From positions 71,114,001 to 71,178,000 of the forward strand of contig OZ024743.1 of assembly GCA_964016885.1 (NCBI GenBank): a DNA stretch of 64,000 bases. Reading direction: 5' to 3'. A program made the position numbers and the translations under genes. Source of the stretch: Eledone cirrhosa (lineage: Eukaryota). Below, in pieces: positions 24,292-39,300 of the stretch; positions within the stretch are counted from its first letter, which is position 1, and the number at the start of each line of letters is the position of its first letter. The notes beneath the pieces were generated by a model that was given only the letters and a program-made list of their open reading frames with translations, made no database searches and had not been told where the DNA came from.

Positions 24292-24411
24292 TCTCAACCT
24301 CCTATCAGCATCTTCCACTAGAAAATTATTGTAAAATTAAGATCTTTTATTAGAATACAGGATCTAATCTGGATTTTTCTTTGGTAATTTCCTGTTTCCC
24401 ACCATTTTTAG

Positions 24412-24489
24412 AAATTTTCCGTCATCATGTCTCACTGATGAAATAGGCAACAGGATATATCTAATTGAGTCCTTCTCTAGGGAAATCCT
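24412..24489 (+). other. Candidate 78-nt internal exon
   Basis: Pyrimidine tract + TTTTAG acceptor, CT|GTAAGT donor, open frame NFPSSCLTDEIGNRIYLIESFSREI; no recognisable homology. Confidence 0.2.
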
Positions 24490-24764
24490 GTAAGTTTCTC
24501 TCTGTTTACATATAGCTCAGGATTCCTCTAAACTCTTCAACTTTTAGACCATGTATATGTTCATAGAATACAGGATATTCCAATCCACAACAGGAAGAAT
24601 GGACTTCATATATACCAAATAAAGTATTTTATTTTCCAAGTAGAAAAGACAGATCAATTTTATTTTATGTTATAAAATAAAATTACAGACAATAAATCAA
24701 TTCACAGTTGTGTAAATAACATTACAAATCATCATCATCATAAATAAGACCAAGCAATGAACTT

Positions 24765-27700
24765 TAATACTGTAACCCTGTAACACTGTAACACTGTAAC
24801 ACTAACACTGTAACACTGTAACACAGTAATACAGTAATACTGTAAAACTGTAAGACTAACACTGTAACACTGTAACACTGTAACTCTGTAACACTGTAAT
24901 ACAGTAATACTGTAACACAATAAGACTAACACTGTAACACTATAAAACTAATACTGTAACACTGTAACACTGTAACACTGTAACACTATAAAACTGTAAC
25001 ACTGTAATACTATAATACGGTAACATTATAACACTAAAACTAAAACACTGTAACACTAACTCTAACACTGTAACACTGTAACACTAAAACTATAACACTG
25101 TAACACTAAAACACTGTAACACTGTAATACCGTAATATTTTAACACTGTAACACTGTAACACCACACTGTAATACTGTAACACTGTAACACGGTAACACT
25201 GTAATATTGTAATATCATAATACTGTAAGACTGTAATACTGTAACACTGTAATACTGTAACACTGTAACACTGTAATACTGTAACACTGTAATACTGTAA
25301 CACTGTAACACTGTAATACTGTGATATCGTAATAGTGTAATATTGTAATACTATAATACTGTAGCACTGTAATACTGTAATACTGCAATACTGTAATACT
25401 ATAACACTGTAATTGTGTAACACTAACACTGTAACACTGTAACACTGTAACACTGTAATACAGTAATACTGTAAAACTGTAAGACTAACATTGCAACACT
25501 GTAATACAGTAATACTGTTACACAGTAAGACTAACACTGTAACACTGTAACACTGTAACACTGTAACACTGTAACACTGTAACACTGTAACACTAACACT
25601 GTAACACTATAAAACTGTAACACTGTAATACTATAATACGGTAACACTTTAACACTAAAACTATAACACTGTAACACTATAACACTGTAACACTAACACT
25701 GTAACAGTGTAATACTGTAATACTGTTATACTGCAACACTGTAATATTGTAATATCATAATACTGTAACACGGTAATACTGTAACACTGTAATACTGTAA
25801 TACTGTAACAATGTAATACTGTAACACTGTAATACTGTAATACTGTAACACTGTAATAATCTAATACTATAATACTGTAACACTGTAATACTGTAATACT
25901 GTAATATTGTAATACTGTAACACTGTAAAACTGTAATACTCTAAAACTGTAACAATGTAACATTGTAATACTGTAACACTGTAATACCGTAACACTGTAA
26001 CACTGTAATACAGTAATACTGTAAAACTGTAAGGCTAACACTGTAACACTGTAACACTGTAACACTGTAACACTAACACTATAACACTAACACTGTAACA
26101 CTATAACACTGTAACACTGTAATACCGTAATACTGCAACACTGTAACACTGTAACACTGTAATACAGTAATACTGTAACACAGTAAGACTAACACTGTAA
26201 CACTGTAACACTAACACTGTAACACTGTAACACTATAAAACTGTAACACTGTAATACTATAATACTGTAACACTGTAACACTGTAATACTGTAACACTGT
26301 AATACTGTAACACTTTAACACTGTAATACTGTAATATCGTCATAGTGTAATACTGTAATACTGTTATACTGTAACACTGTAATACTGTAATATTGTAATA
26401 CCGTAATACTGTAATACTGTAATACTGTTACACTGTAAAACTGTAATACTCTATCACTATAATACTGTAACACTGTTACACTCTAATATACTAATATCGT
26501 AATACTGTAATACTGTAACACTGTAATAGTGTAGCGATGTAATACTGTAATATTATAATACTGTAACACTGTAACACTGTAATACAGTAATACTATAATA
26601 GTGTAACACTGTAATAATGTAACACTATAATACTGTAACACTGTAACACTGTAACAGTGTAACACTTTAATACTGTAATACTGTAACACTGTAAAACTGT
26701 AATGGTATAACACTGTAATACTGTAACACTGTAATACTGTAATACTGTAAAACTGTAATACTATACTGTAACACTGTAACACTGTAATATTGTAATACGG
26801 TAATACTGTAACACTGTAACACCGTAACACTGTAATATTGTAACACTGTTATACGATAACATGGTAATTCTGTGACACTGTACTGTAATATTGTAAAACT
26901 GTAATACTGTAATACTGTAATACTGTAACACTGTAACACTCTAATACTGTAACACGGTAACACGGTAACACTGCAACACTGTAATACTGTAACACTGTTT
27001 AGCTGTAATACTGTAATATTGTAACACTGTAACTCTGTAACACTGTAAAACTGTAATAATGTAATACTGTAATACTGTAACACTGTAACACTGTAATACT
27101 GTAATACTGTAAAACTGTAATAATGTAATACTGGAACACTGTAATACTAAATACTGTAATACTGTAAAACTGTAACACTGTAATACTTAATATTGGAACA
27201 TTTTAATACTGTAATTCTGCTATACTGTAATATTCTAATACTGTAACACGGTAATACTGTAATACTGTAATACTGTAACACCGTAATACTGTAAAACTGT
27301 AATACTGTAATACTGTAATACTGTAACACTGTAACACTCTAATACATAATACTGTTATACTGTAACACCGTGACACTAACACTAATATTTAATAATGGAA
27401 CATTTTAATACTGTAATTCTGTAAGACTGTAACACTGTAACACTGTAATACTGTAATAGTGTAACACTGTATTACTGTAACACTGAAATACTGTAACACT
27501 GGAACACTGAAACACTGTAACCCTGTAAAACTGTAATACTGTAATACTGTAATACTGTAACTCTGTAATACTGTAACATTGTAATACTGTAATATTGTAA
27601 CACTGTAACACTATAACACTGTTACAATGTAACACTGTACTGTAACACTGCAACACTGTAATACAGTAATACTGCAACACTGTAATACTGTAACACTGTA

Positions 27701-30314
27701 ACACTGTAACACAGTAACACTGTAACACAGTAACACTGTAACACTGTAATACTGTAACACTGTAATACTGTAACACTGTAACATTGTAAACCTGTAATAC
27801 TGTAATACTGTAACACTGCAATACTGTAACACTGTAATATTCTAATACTGTTATACTCTAATACTGTAATATTGTAACACTGCAACAATGTAACACTGCA
27901 CCACTGTAACACTGTAACATTGTAACACTGTAACACTGTAACACTGTAACACTGAAGCACTGTAATACTGTAACACTGTAACACTGTAATACTGTAACAC
28001 TGTAACACTGTAATACTGTAACACTGTAACAATGCAACACTGAAACACTGCAACACTGTAAAACTGCAACACTGTAATACTGTAACACTGTAACACTATA
28101 ACACTGTAACACTGTAACACTGGAATACAGTGACACTCTAACACTGTAACACTGTAAAACCGTAACACTGCAAGACTGCAAAACTGCAACACTGCAACAC
28201 TGCAACACTGCAACATTGTAACACTGTAATACTGTAACACTGCAACATTGTAACACTGTAATACTGTAACACTGTAACACTGCAACACAGTAACACTACA
28301 ACACTGTAATACAGTAACACTGCAACACTGTAACACTGTAACAATGTAGAACTGTAACACAGCAACATTGTAATACTGTAACACTGCAACACTGTGATAC
28401 AGTAACACTGCAACACTGTAATACTGTAACACTGCAACACTGCAACACTCTAACACTGCAACACTGTAATACAGTAATACTGCAACACTGCAACACTGTA
28501 ATACAGTAATACTGTAACACTGCAACACTGTAACACTGTAACAAGGTAATACTGTAATACTGTAATACTGTAACACTGTACACTGCAACACTGCATCACT
28601 GCAACACTGTAATACAGTAATACGGAAACAGTGTAATACTGTAATACTGTAACACTGTAACACTGCAAAACTGTAATACTGTAACACTGTAAAATTTTAA
28701 TACTTTAATACTGTAACGCTGTAACACTGAAATACTGTAAAACTGTAACACTGTAACACTGTAAAACTGTAATACTGTAACACTGTAACACTGCAACACT
28801 GTACAACTGTCATACTGTAATACTGTAACACTGCAACACTGTAATACTGTAACACTGCAACACTGTAATACAGTAACACTGTAACATTGTAAAACTGTAA
28901 CACTGTAATACTGTAACACTGCAACACTGTAATACTGTAACACTGTAACATTGTACTACTGTAACACTGCAACAATGTAATACAGCAATAATGTAACACT
29001 GTAACACTGCAACAATGCAACACTGTAATACAGTAATACTGTAACACTGTAACACTGTAGAACTGTAACGCTGCAACACTGTAATACTGTAACACTGCAA
29101 CACTGTAATACAGTAACACTGCAACACTGTAATACAGCAATACTGTAATACTGCAACACTGTAACACTGTAACACTGTAGCACTGTAACACTGTAATACT
29201 GTAACACCGGAACACTGTAACACTGTAATACTGTAACACTGTAAAACAGCAACACAGTAACACTGCAACACTGTAATACAGTAACACTGCAACACTGTAA
29301 TACAGTAATACTGTAACACTGTAGAACTGCAACACTGTAATACTGTAACACTGTAACATTGTACTACTGTAACACTGTAATACCGCAACACTGCAACACT
29401 GTAACACTGCAACACTGTAATACTGTAAGACTGCAACACTGTAATACAGTAATACTGTAACAGTGTAATACTGTAACACTGTAACACTGTAACACCGTAA
29501 CACTGACACTGTAATACTGTAATACTGCAACACTGCAACACGGTAATACTGTAACACTGTAACACTGCAACACTGTAACACTGCAACACTGTAATACAGT
29601 AACACTAACACTGTAACACTGTAGAACTGTAACACTGCAACACTATAATACTGTAACACTGCAACACTGTAATACTGTAACACTGCAACACTGTAATACA
29701 GTAATACTGAAATACTGTAACACTGTAACACTGTAATACGGTAACACTGCAAGACTGTACTACTGTAACACTGTAACATTGTACTACTGTAACACTGTAA
29801 TACTGTAACGCTGCAACACTGTAATACTGTAACACTGTAACACTGTAACACAATAAAGCTGTAACACTTCAACACTGTAATACTGTAACACTGTAACACT
29901 GCAACACTGTAATACTGTAACACTGCAACACTGTAACACGGCAACACAGTAATACAGTAATACTGTAACACTGCAACACTGTTATACAGTATTACTGTAA
30001 CACTGCAACACTGTAACACTGTAATACTGTAATACTGCAACACTGTAACACTGTAATACTGTAACACTGTAATACTGTAACACTGTAACACTGTAACACT
30101 GTAACACTGTAATACTGTAACACTGCAACACTGCAATACTGTAATACTGTAATACTGTAACAACGCAACACTGTAACACTGTAATACTGTAACACTGTAA
30201 CACTGTAACACCGCAACACTAACACTGTAACACTGTAACACTGCAACACTGCAACACTGTAACACTGTAATACTGTAACACTGTAATAATGAAATACTGT
30301 AACACAGCAACACT
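24765..30314. repeat. 8-bp satellite (ACACTGTA / ATACTGTA / ACACTGCA), ~5.5 kb
   Basis: Direct reading. Confidence 0.98.
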
Positions 30315-33300
30315 CTAGATAAGAGGTAGTACAGATGGTCTTACCCTTGATCCCTAGATAAGAGGTAGTACAGATGGTCTTACCCTTGATCCCTAGATAA
30401 GAGGTAGTACAGATGGTCTTACCCTTGATCCCTAGATAAGAGGTAGCACAGATGGTCTTACCCTTGATCCCTAGATAAGAGGTAGTACAGATGGTCTTAC
30501 CCTTGATCCCTAGATAAGAGGTAGTACATATGGTCTTACCCTTGATCCCTAGATAAGAGGTAGTACGGATGGTCTTACCCTTGATCTCTAGATTAGAGGT
30601 AGTACAGATGGTCTTACCCTTGATCCCTAGATAAGAGGTAGTACGGATTGTCTTACCATTGATTCCTAGAAAAGAGGTAGTACGGATGGTCTTACTCTTG
30701 ATACCTAGATAAGAGGTAGTACAGATGGTCTTACCCTTGATCCCTAGATAAGAGGTAGAAAGGATTGTCTTACTCTTGATCCCTAGGTAAGAGGTAGTAC
30801 AGATAGTCTTACCCTTGATCCCTAGATAAAAGGTAGTACAGATGGTCTTACCCTTAATCCCTAGATAAGAGGTAGTACAGATGGTCTTAACATTGATCCC
30901 TAGATAAGAGGTAGTACAGATGGTCTTACCCTTGATCCCTAGATAAGAGGTAGTACAGATGGTCTTACTCTTGATCCCTAGATAAGAGGTAGTTCGGATT
31001 GTCTTACTCTTGATCCCTAGATAAGAGATAGTAGAGATGGTCTTACCCTTGATCCCTTGATAAGAGGTAGTACAAATGGTCTTACCCTTGATCCCTGGAT
31101 AAGAGGTAGTACAGATGGTGTTACCCTTGATCCCTAGATAAGAGGTAGTACAGATGGTCTTACCCTTGATCCCTAGATAAGAGGTAGTACAGATGGTCTT
31201 ACCGTTGATCCCTAGATAAGAGGTAGTACAGATGGTCTTACCCTTGATCCCTAGATAAGAGGTAGTACAGATGGTCTTACCCTTGATCCCTAGATAAGAG
31301 GCAGTACAGATGGTCTTACTCTTGATCCTTAAAGTAAGAGGTAGTACGGATTGTCTTACTCTTGATCCCTAGATAAGAGATAGTACAGATAGTCTTACCC
31401 TTGATCACTAGATAAGAGGTAGTACAAATGGTCTTACCCTTGATCCCTAGATAAGAGATAGTACGTATTGTCTTACCCTTGATCCCTAGATAAGAGGTAG
31501 TACGGATTGTCTTATCTTTGCTCCCTAGATAAGAGGTAGTACAGATGGTCTTACCCTTGATCCCTAGATAAGAGGTAGTACGGATGGGCTTAGCCTTGAT
31601 CTCTAGATAAGAGGTAGTACGGATGGTCTTACCCTTGATCCCTAGATAAGAAGTGGTCTTACCCTTGATCCCTAGATAAGAGGTAGTACAGATTGTTCTC
31701 ACCCTTGATCCCTAGATAAGAGGTAGTACAGATGGTCTAACTTTTGATCCCTAGATAAGAGATAGTACAGATGGTCTTACCCTTGATCCCTAGATAAGAG
31801 GTAGTACGGATGGTCTTACCCTTGATCCCTAGATAAGAGGTAGTACAGATGGTCTTACCCTTGATCCCTAGATTAGAGGTAGTACAGATTGTTCTTACCC
31901 TTGATCACTAGATAAGAGGTAGTAAAGATGGTCTTACTTTTGATCCCTAGATAAGAGGTAGTACAGATGGTCTTACTCTTGATCACTAGATAAGAGGTAG
32001 TACGTATGGTCTTACCCTTGATCCCTAGATAAGAGGTAGTACAGATGGTCTTACCCTTGATCCCTAGATAAGAGGTAGTACAGATGGTCTTCCCCTTGAC
32101 CCCTAGATAAGAGGTAGTACATATTGTCTTACCCTTGATCCCTAGATTAGAGGTAGTACAGATGGTCTTACCCTTGATTCCTAGATAAGAGGTAGTACAG
32201 ATGGTCTTACCCTTGATCCCTAGATAAGAGGTAGTACAGATGGTCTTTCCCTTGATCCCTAGATAAGAGGTAGTACAGGTGGTCTTACCCTTGATCTCTA
32301 GATAAGAGGTAGTACAGATGGTCTTTCCCTTGATCCCTAGAAAAGAGGTAGTACAGATGGTCTTACCCTTGATCTCTAGAAAAGAGGTAGTAGAGATGGT
32401 CTTACCCTTGATCACTAGATAAGAGGTAGAACGGCTGGTCTTACACTTGATCCCTAGATAAGAGGTAGTACAGATGGTCTTACCCTTGATCCCTAGATAA
32501 GAGATAGAACAAATGGTCTTACCCTTGATCCCTAGATAAGAGGTAGTACAGATTGTTCTCACCCTTGATCCCTAGATAAGAGGTAGTACAGATGGTCTAA
32601 CCTTTGATCCCTAGATAAGAGGTAGTACAGATGGTCTTACCCTTGATCCCTAGATTAGAGGTAGTACACATTGTCTTACCCCTGATTCCTAGATCAGAAG
32701 TAGTACAGATTGTCTTTCCCTTGATCCCTAGAAAAGAGGTAGTACAGATGGTCTTACCCTTGATCTCTAGAAAAGAGGTAGTACAGATGGTCTTACCCTT
32801 GATCCCTAGATAAGACGTAGAACGGCTGGTCTTACTCTTGACCCCTAGATAAGAGGTAGTAAGTATGGTCTTACCCTTGATCCCTAGATAAGAGGTAGTA
32901 CAGATGGTCTTACCCTTGATCCCTAGATAAGAGGTAGTACAGATGGTCTTCCCCTTGACCCCTAGATAAGAGGTAGTACACATTGTCTTACCCTTGATTC
33001 CTAGATCAGAGGTAGTACAGATTGTCTTACCCTTGATCACTAGGTAAGAGATAGTACGGATGGTCTTACCTTTGCTCCCAAGATAAGAGCTAGTACAGAT
33101 GGTCTTACCCTTGATCCTAGATAAGAGGTAGTAGAGATGGTCTTACCCTTGATCTCTAGATAAGAGGTAGTACAGATGGTCTTTCCTTTGACCCCTAGAT
33201 AAGAGGTAGTACAGGTGGTCTTACCCTTGATCCCTAGATAAGAGGTAGTATAGATGGTCTTTCCCTTGATCCCTAGAAAAGAGGTAGTACAGATGGTCTT

Positions 33301-36300
33301 ACCCTTGATCTCTAGATAAGAGGTAAAACGGCTGGTCTTACTCTTGATCCCTAGATAAGAGGTAGAACGGCTGGTCTTACTCTTGATCCCTAGCTAAGAG
33401 GTAGTACAGATGGTCTTACCCTTAATCCCTAGATAAGAAGTAGAACATATGGTCTTACCTTTGATCCCTAGATTAGAGACAGTACAGATAGTCTTACCCT
33501 TGATCCCCAGATAAGAGGTAGTACAAATGGTCTTACCCTTGATCCCTAGATAAGAGGTACTACGGATTGTCTTAGCCTTGATCTCTAGATAAGAGGTAGT
33601 ACGGATGGTCTTACCCTTGATGCCTAGATAAGAAGTGGTCTTACCCTTGATCCCTAGATAAGAGGTAGTACAGATTGTTCTCACCCTTGATCCCTAGATA
33701 AGAGGTAGTACAGATGGTCTCACCTTTGATCCCTAGATAAGAGGTAGTACAGATGGTCTTACCCTTGATCCCTAGATAAGAGGTAGTACGGATTGTCTTA
33801 CCATTGATCCCTAGATAAGAGGTAGTACGGATGGTCTTACCCTTGATCCCTAGAATAGAGGTAGTACAGATGGTCTTACCCTTGATCCCTAGATTAGAGG
33901 TAGTACAGATTGTTCTTACCCTTGATCACTAGATAAGAGGTAGTACAGATGGTCTTACCCTTGATCCCTAGATAAGAGGTAGTACAGATGGTCTTACCCT
34001 TGATCCCTAGATAAGAGGTAGTACGTATGGTCTTACACTTGATCCCTAGATAAGAGGTAGTACAGATGGTCTTACCCTTGATCCCTAGATAAGAGGTAGT
34101 ACAGATGGTCTTACCCTTGACCCCTAGATAAGAGGTAGTACATATTGTCTTACCCTTGATCCCTAGATTAGAGGTAGTACAGATGGTCTTACCCTTGATC
34201 CCTAGATAAGACGTAGAACGGCTGGTATTACTCTTGATCCCTAGATAAGAGGTAGTACAGATGGTCTTTCCCTTGATCCCTAGATAAGAGGTAGAACATA
34301 TGGTCTTAGCCTTGATCCCTAGATATGAGGTAGTACAGATGGTCTTACTCTTGATCCCTAGATTAGAGGTAGTACACATTGTTTTACCCTTGATTCATTT
34401 ATCAGAGGTAGTACAGATTGTCTTACACTTGATCACTAGATAAGAGATAGTACGGATGGTCTTACCCTTGATCCCTAGATAAGAGTTAGTACAGATGGTC
34501 TTACCCTTGATCCCTAGATAATAGATAGTACGGATGGTCTTACCCTTGATCCCTAGACAAGAGGTAGTAGAGATGGTCTTACCCTTGATCTCTAGATAAG
34601 AGGTAGTACAGATGGTTTTTCCTTTGATCCCTAGATAAGAGGTAGTACAGGTTGTCTTACCCTTGATCCCTAGATAAGAGGTAGTACAGATGGTCTTTCC
34701 CTTGATCCCTAGAAAAGAGGTAGTACAGATGGTCTTACCCTTGATCTCTAGATAAGAGGTAGAACGGCTGGTCTTACTCTTGATCCCTAGATAAGAGATA
34801 GAACGGCTGGTCTTACTCTTGATCCCTAGATAAGAGGTAGTACAGATGGTCTTGCCCTTAATCCCAAGGTAAGAGGTAGAACATATGGTCTTACCTTTGA
34901 TCCCTAGATAAGAGGTAGTACAGATTGTGTTACCCTTGATCCCTAGATTAGAGGTAGTACACATTGTCTTACCCTTGATCTCTAGATAAGAGGTAGTACC
35001 GATGGTCTTACCCTTGATCCCTAGATAAGAGATAGTACGGATGGTCTTACCCTTAATCCCTAGATAAGAGGTAGGACGGATTGTCTTACTCTTGATCCCT
35101 AGATAAGAGACAGTACAGATAGTCTTACACTTGATCCCTAGATAAGAGGTAGTACAAATGGTCATACCGTTGATCCCTAGAGAAAAGGTAGTACGGATTG
35201 TCTTACCCTTGATCCCTAGATGAGAGGTAGTACGGATTATCTTATCCTTGCTCCCTAGATAAGAGTTAGTACAGATGGTCTTACCCTTGATCCCTAGATA
35301 AGAGGTAGTACGGATGGTCTTAGCCTTGATCCCTAGATAAGAGGTAGTACGGATGGTCTTACCCTTAATCCCTAGATAAGAGGTAGTACAGATTGTTCTC
35401 ACCCTTGATCCCTAGATAAGAGGTAGTACAGATGGTCTCACCTTTGATCCCTAGATAAGAGGTAGTACAGATGGTCTCACCTTTGATCCCTAGATAAGAG
35501 GTAGTACAGATGGTCTTACCCTTGATCCCTAGATAAGAGGTAGTACCGATTGTCTTACCATTGATCCCCAGATAAGAGGTAGTACAGATGGTCTTACCCT
35601 TGATCCCTAGATTAGAGGTAGTACAGATTGTTCTTACCCTTGATCCCTAGATAAGAGGTAGTACAGATGGTCTTACCCTTGATCCCTAGATAAGAGGTAG
35701 TACGGATGGTCTTACCCTTGATCCCTAGATAATAGGTAGTACAGATGGTCTTTCCCTTGATCCCTAGATAAGAGGTAGTACAGGTGGTGTTACTCTTGAT
35801 CTCTAGATAAGACGTAGTACAGATGGTCTTTCCGTTGATCCCTAGATAAGAGGTAGTACCGATTGTCTTACCCTTGATCCCTAGATAATAGGTAGTACGG
35901 CTGGTCTTACTCTTGATCCCTAGATAAGAGGTAGTACAGATGGTATTACCCATGACCCCTAGATTAGAGGTAGTACAGATGGTTCTTACCCTTGATCCCT
36001 AGATAAGAGGTAGTACGTATGGTCTTACCCTTGATCCCTAGATAAGAGGTAGTACAGATGATCTTACCCTTGATCCTTAGATAAGAGGTAGTACAGATGG
36101 TCTTACCCTTGATCCCTAGATTAGAGGTAGTACAGATGGTTCTTACCCTTCATCCCTAGATAAGAGGTAGTACGTATGGTCTTACCCTTGATTCCTAGAT
36201 AAGAGGTAGTACAGATGGTCTTACCCTTGATCCCTAGATAAGAGGTAGTACAGATGGTATTACCCATGACCCCTAGATAAGAGGTAGTACATATTGTCTT

Positions 36301-39300
36301 ACCCTTGATCCCTAGATTAGAGGTAGTACAGATGGTTTTACCCTTGATCCCTAGATAAGAGGTAGTACAGGTGGTCTTACCCTTGATCTCTAGATAAGAG
36401 GTAGTACAGATGGTCTTTCCCTTGATCCCTAGAAAAGAGGTAGTACATATGGTCTTACCCTTGATCTCTAGAAAAGAGGTAGTACAGATGGTCTTACCCT
36501 TGATCCCTAGATAAGAGGTAGAACATATGGTCTTAGCCTTGATCCCTAGATAAGAGGTAGTACAGATGGTCTTACCCTTGTTCCCTAGATTAGAGGTAGT
36601 ACACATTGTCTTACCCTTGATTCCTAGATCAGAGGTAGTACAGATTGTCTTACCCTTGATCACTAGATAACAGATAGTACGGATGGTCTTACCCTTGATC
36701 CCTAGATAAGAGTTAGTACAGATGGTCTTACCCTTGATCCCTAGATAATAGATAGTACGGATGGTCTTACCCTTTATCCCTAGACAAGAGGTAGTAGAGA
36801 TGGTCTTACCCTTGATCTCTAGATAAGAGGTAGTACAGATGGTCTTTCCCTTGATCCCTAGAAAAGAGGTAGTACAGATGGTCTTACCCTTGATCTCTAG
36901 AAAAGAGGTAGTACAGATGGTCTTACCCTTGATCCCTAGATAAGACGTAGAACGGCTGGTCTTACTCTTGATCCCTAGATAAGAGGTAGTACAGATGGTC
37001 TTACCCTTGATCCCCAGATAAGAGGTAGAACATATGGTCTTACCCTTGATCCTTAGATAAGAGGTAGTACAGATGGTCTTACCTTTGATCCCTAGATTAG
37101 AGGTAGTACACATTGTCTTACCCTTGATTCCTAGATCAGAGGTAGTACAGGTTGTCTTTCCCTTGATCCCTAGATAATAAATTGTACGGATGGTCTTACC
37201 CTTGATCCCTAGACAAGAGGTAGTAGAGATGGTCTTACCCTTGATCTCTAGATAAGAGTTAGTACAGATGATTTTTCCTTTGATCCCTAGATAAGAGGGA
37301 GTACAGGTGGTCTTACCCTTGATCTCTAGATAAGAGGTAGTACAGATGGTCTTTCCCTTGATCCCTAGAAAAGAGGTAGTACAGATGGTCTTACCCTTGA
37401 TCTCTAGATAAGAGGTAGAACGGCTTGTCTTACTTTTGATCCCTAGATAAGAGATAGAACGGCTGGTCTTACTCTTGATCCCTAGATAAGAGGTAGTACA
37501 GATGGTCTTACCCTTAATCCCTAGATAAGAGGTAGAACATATGGTCTTACCTTTGATCCCTAGATAAGAGGTAGTACAGATTGTCTTACCTTGATCCCTA
37601 GATTAGAGGTAGTACACATTGTCTTACACTTGATCCCTAGATAAGAGGTAGTACCGATGGTCTTACCCTTGATCCCTAGATAAGAGATAGTACGGATGGT
37701 CTTACCCTTGATCCCTAGATAAGAGGTAGCACAAATGGTCATACCCTTGATCCCTAGATAAGAAGTAGTACGGATTGTCTTACCCTTGATCCCTAGATAA
37801 GAGGTAGTACGGATTGTCTTCCTCTTGATCCCTAGATAAGAGGTAGTACAGATGGTCTTACCCTTGATCCCTAGATAAGAGGTAGTACGGATGGTCATAC
37901 CCTTGATCCCTAGATAAGAAGTGGTCTTACTCTTGATCCCTAGATAAGAGGTAGTACAGACCGTTCTCACCCTTGATCCCTAGATAAGAGGTAGTACAGA
38001 TGGTCTCACCTTTGATCCCTAGATAAGAGGTAGTACAGATGGTCTTACCCTTGATCCCTAGATAAGAGGTAGTACCGATTGTCTTACCCTTGATCCCTAG
38101 ATAAGAGGTAGTACGGATGTTCTTACCCTTGATCCCCAGATAAGAGGTAGTACAGATGGTCTTACCCTTGATCCCTAGATTAGAGTTAGTACAGATTGTT
38201 CTTACCCTTAATCCCTAGATAAGAGGTAGTACAGATGGTCTTACCCTTGATCCCTAGATAAGCGGTAGTACGGATGGTCTTACCCTTGATCCCTAGATAA
38301 GAGGTAGTACAGATGGTCTTTGCCTTGATCCCTAGATAAGAGGTAGTACAGGTGGTGTTACGCTTGATCTCTAGATAAGAGGTAGTACAGATGGTCTTTC
38401 CCTTGATCCCTAGAAAAGAGGTAGTACAGATGGTCTTACCCTTGATCTCTAGAAAAGAGGTAGTACAGATGGTCTTACCCTTGATCCCTAGATAAGAGGT
38501 AGAACGGCTGGTCTTACTCTTGATCCCTAGATAAGAGGTAGTACAGATGGTCTTACCCTTGATCCCTAGATAAGAGGTAGAATATATGGTCTTACTCTTG
38601 ATCCCTAGATAAGAGTTAGTACAGATGGTTATACCCTTGATCCCTAGATTAGAGGTAGTACGGATGGTCTTAGCCTTGATCCCTAGATAAGAGGTAGTAC
38701 GTGGTCGTACCCTTGATCCCTAGATAAGAAGTGGTCTTACTTTTTATCCCTAGATAAGAGGTAGTACAGATTGTTCTCACCTTGATCCCTAGATAAGAGG
38801 TAGTACAGATGGTCTCACCTTTGATCCCTAGATAAGAGGTAGTACAGATGGTCTTACCCTTTATCCCTAGATAAGAGGTAGTACCAATTGTCTTACCCTT
38901 GATCCCTAGATAAGAGGTAGTACGGATGGTCTTACCCTTGATCCCTAGATAAGAGGTAGTACAGATGGTCTTACCCTTGATCCCTAGATAAGAGGTAGTA
39001 CAGATGGTCTTACCCTTGATCCCTAGATAAGAGGTAGTACAGATGGTCTTACCCTTGACCCCTAGATAAGAGGTAGTACATATTGTCTTACCCTTGATCC
39101 CTAGATAAGAGGTAGTATAGATGGTCTTACCCTTGATCCCTAGATAAGAGGTAGTACGGATGGTCTTACCCTTGATCCCTAGATAAGAGGTAGTACAGAT
39201 GGTCTTTCCCTTGATCCCTAGATAAGAGGTAGTACAGATGGTCTTTCCCTTGATCCCTAGAAAAGAGGTAGTACAGATGGTCTTACCCTTGATCTCTAGA

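Noticed and set aside
22853-24318. Poly-Pro/His/Val/Gly ORFs
   Set aside because: Trinucleotide repeat open in most frames; indels shift frame freely
24738-30313. VLQCYSVT-repeat ORFs
   Set aside because: 8-bp unit gives the same peptide in all three frames
30315-30400. 39-bp unit derived from the LINE RT 'YLG' thumb motif
   Set aside because: Only a 4-residue resemblance (YLGI); no nucleotide match to adjacent LINEs seen
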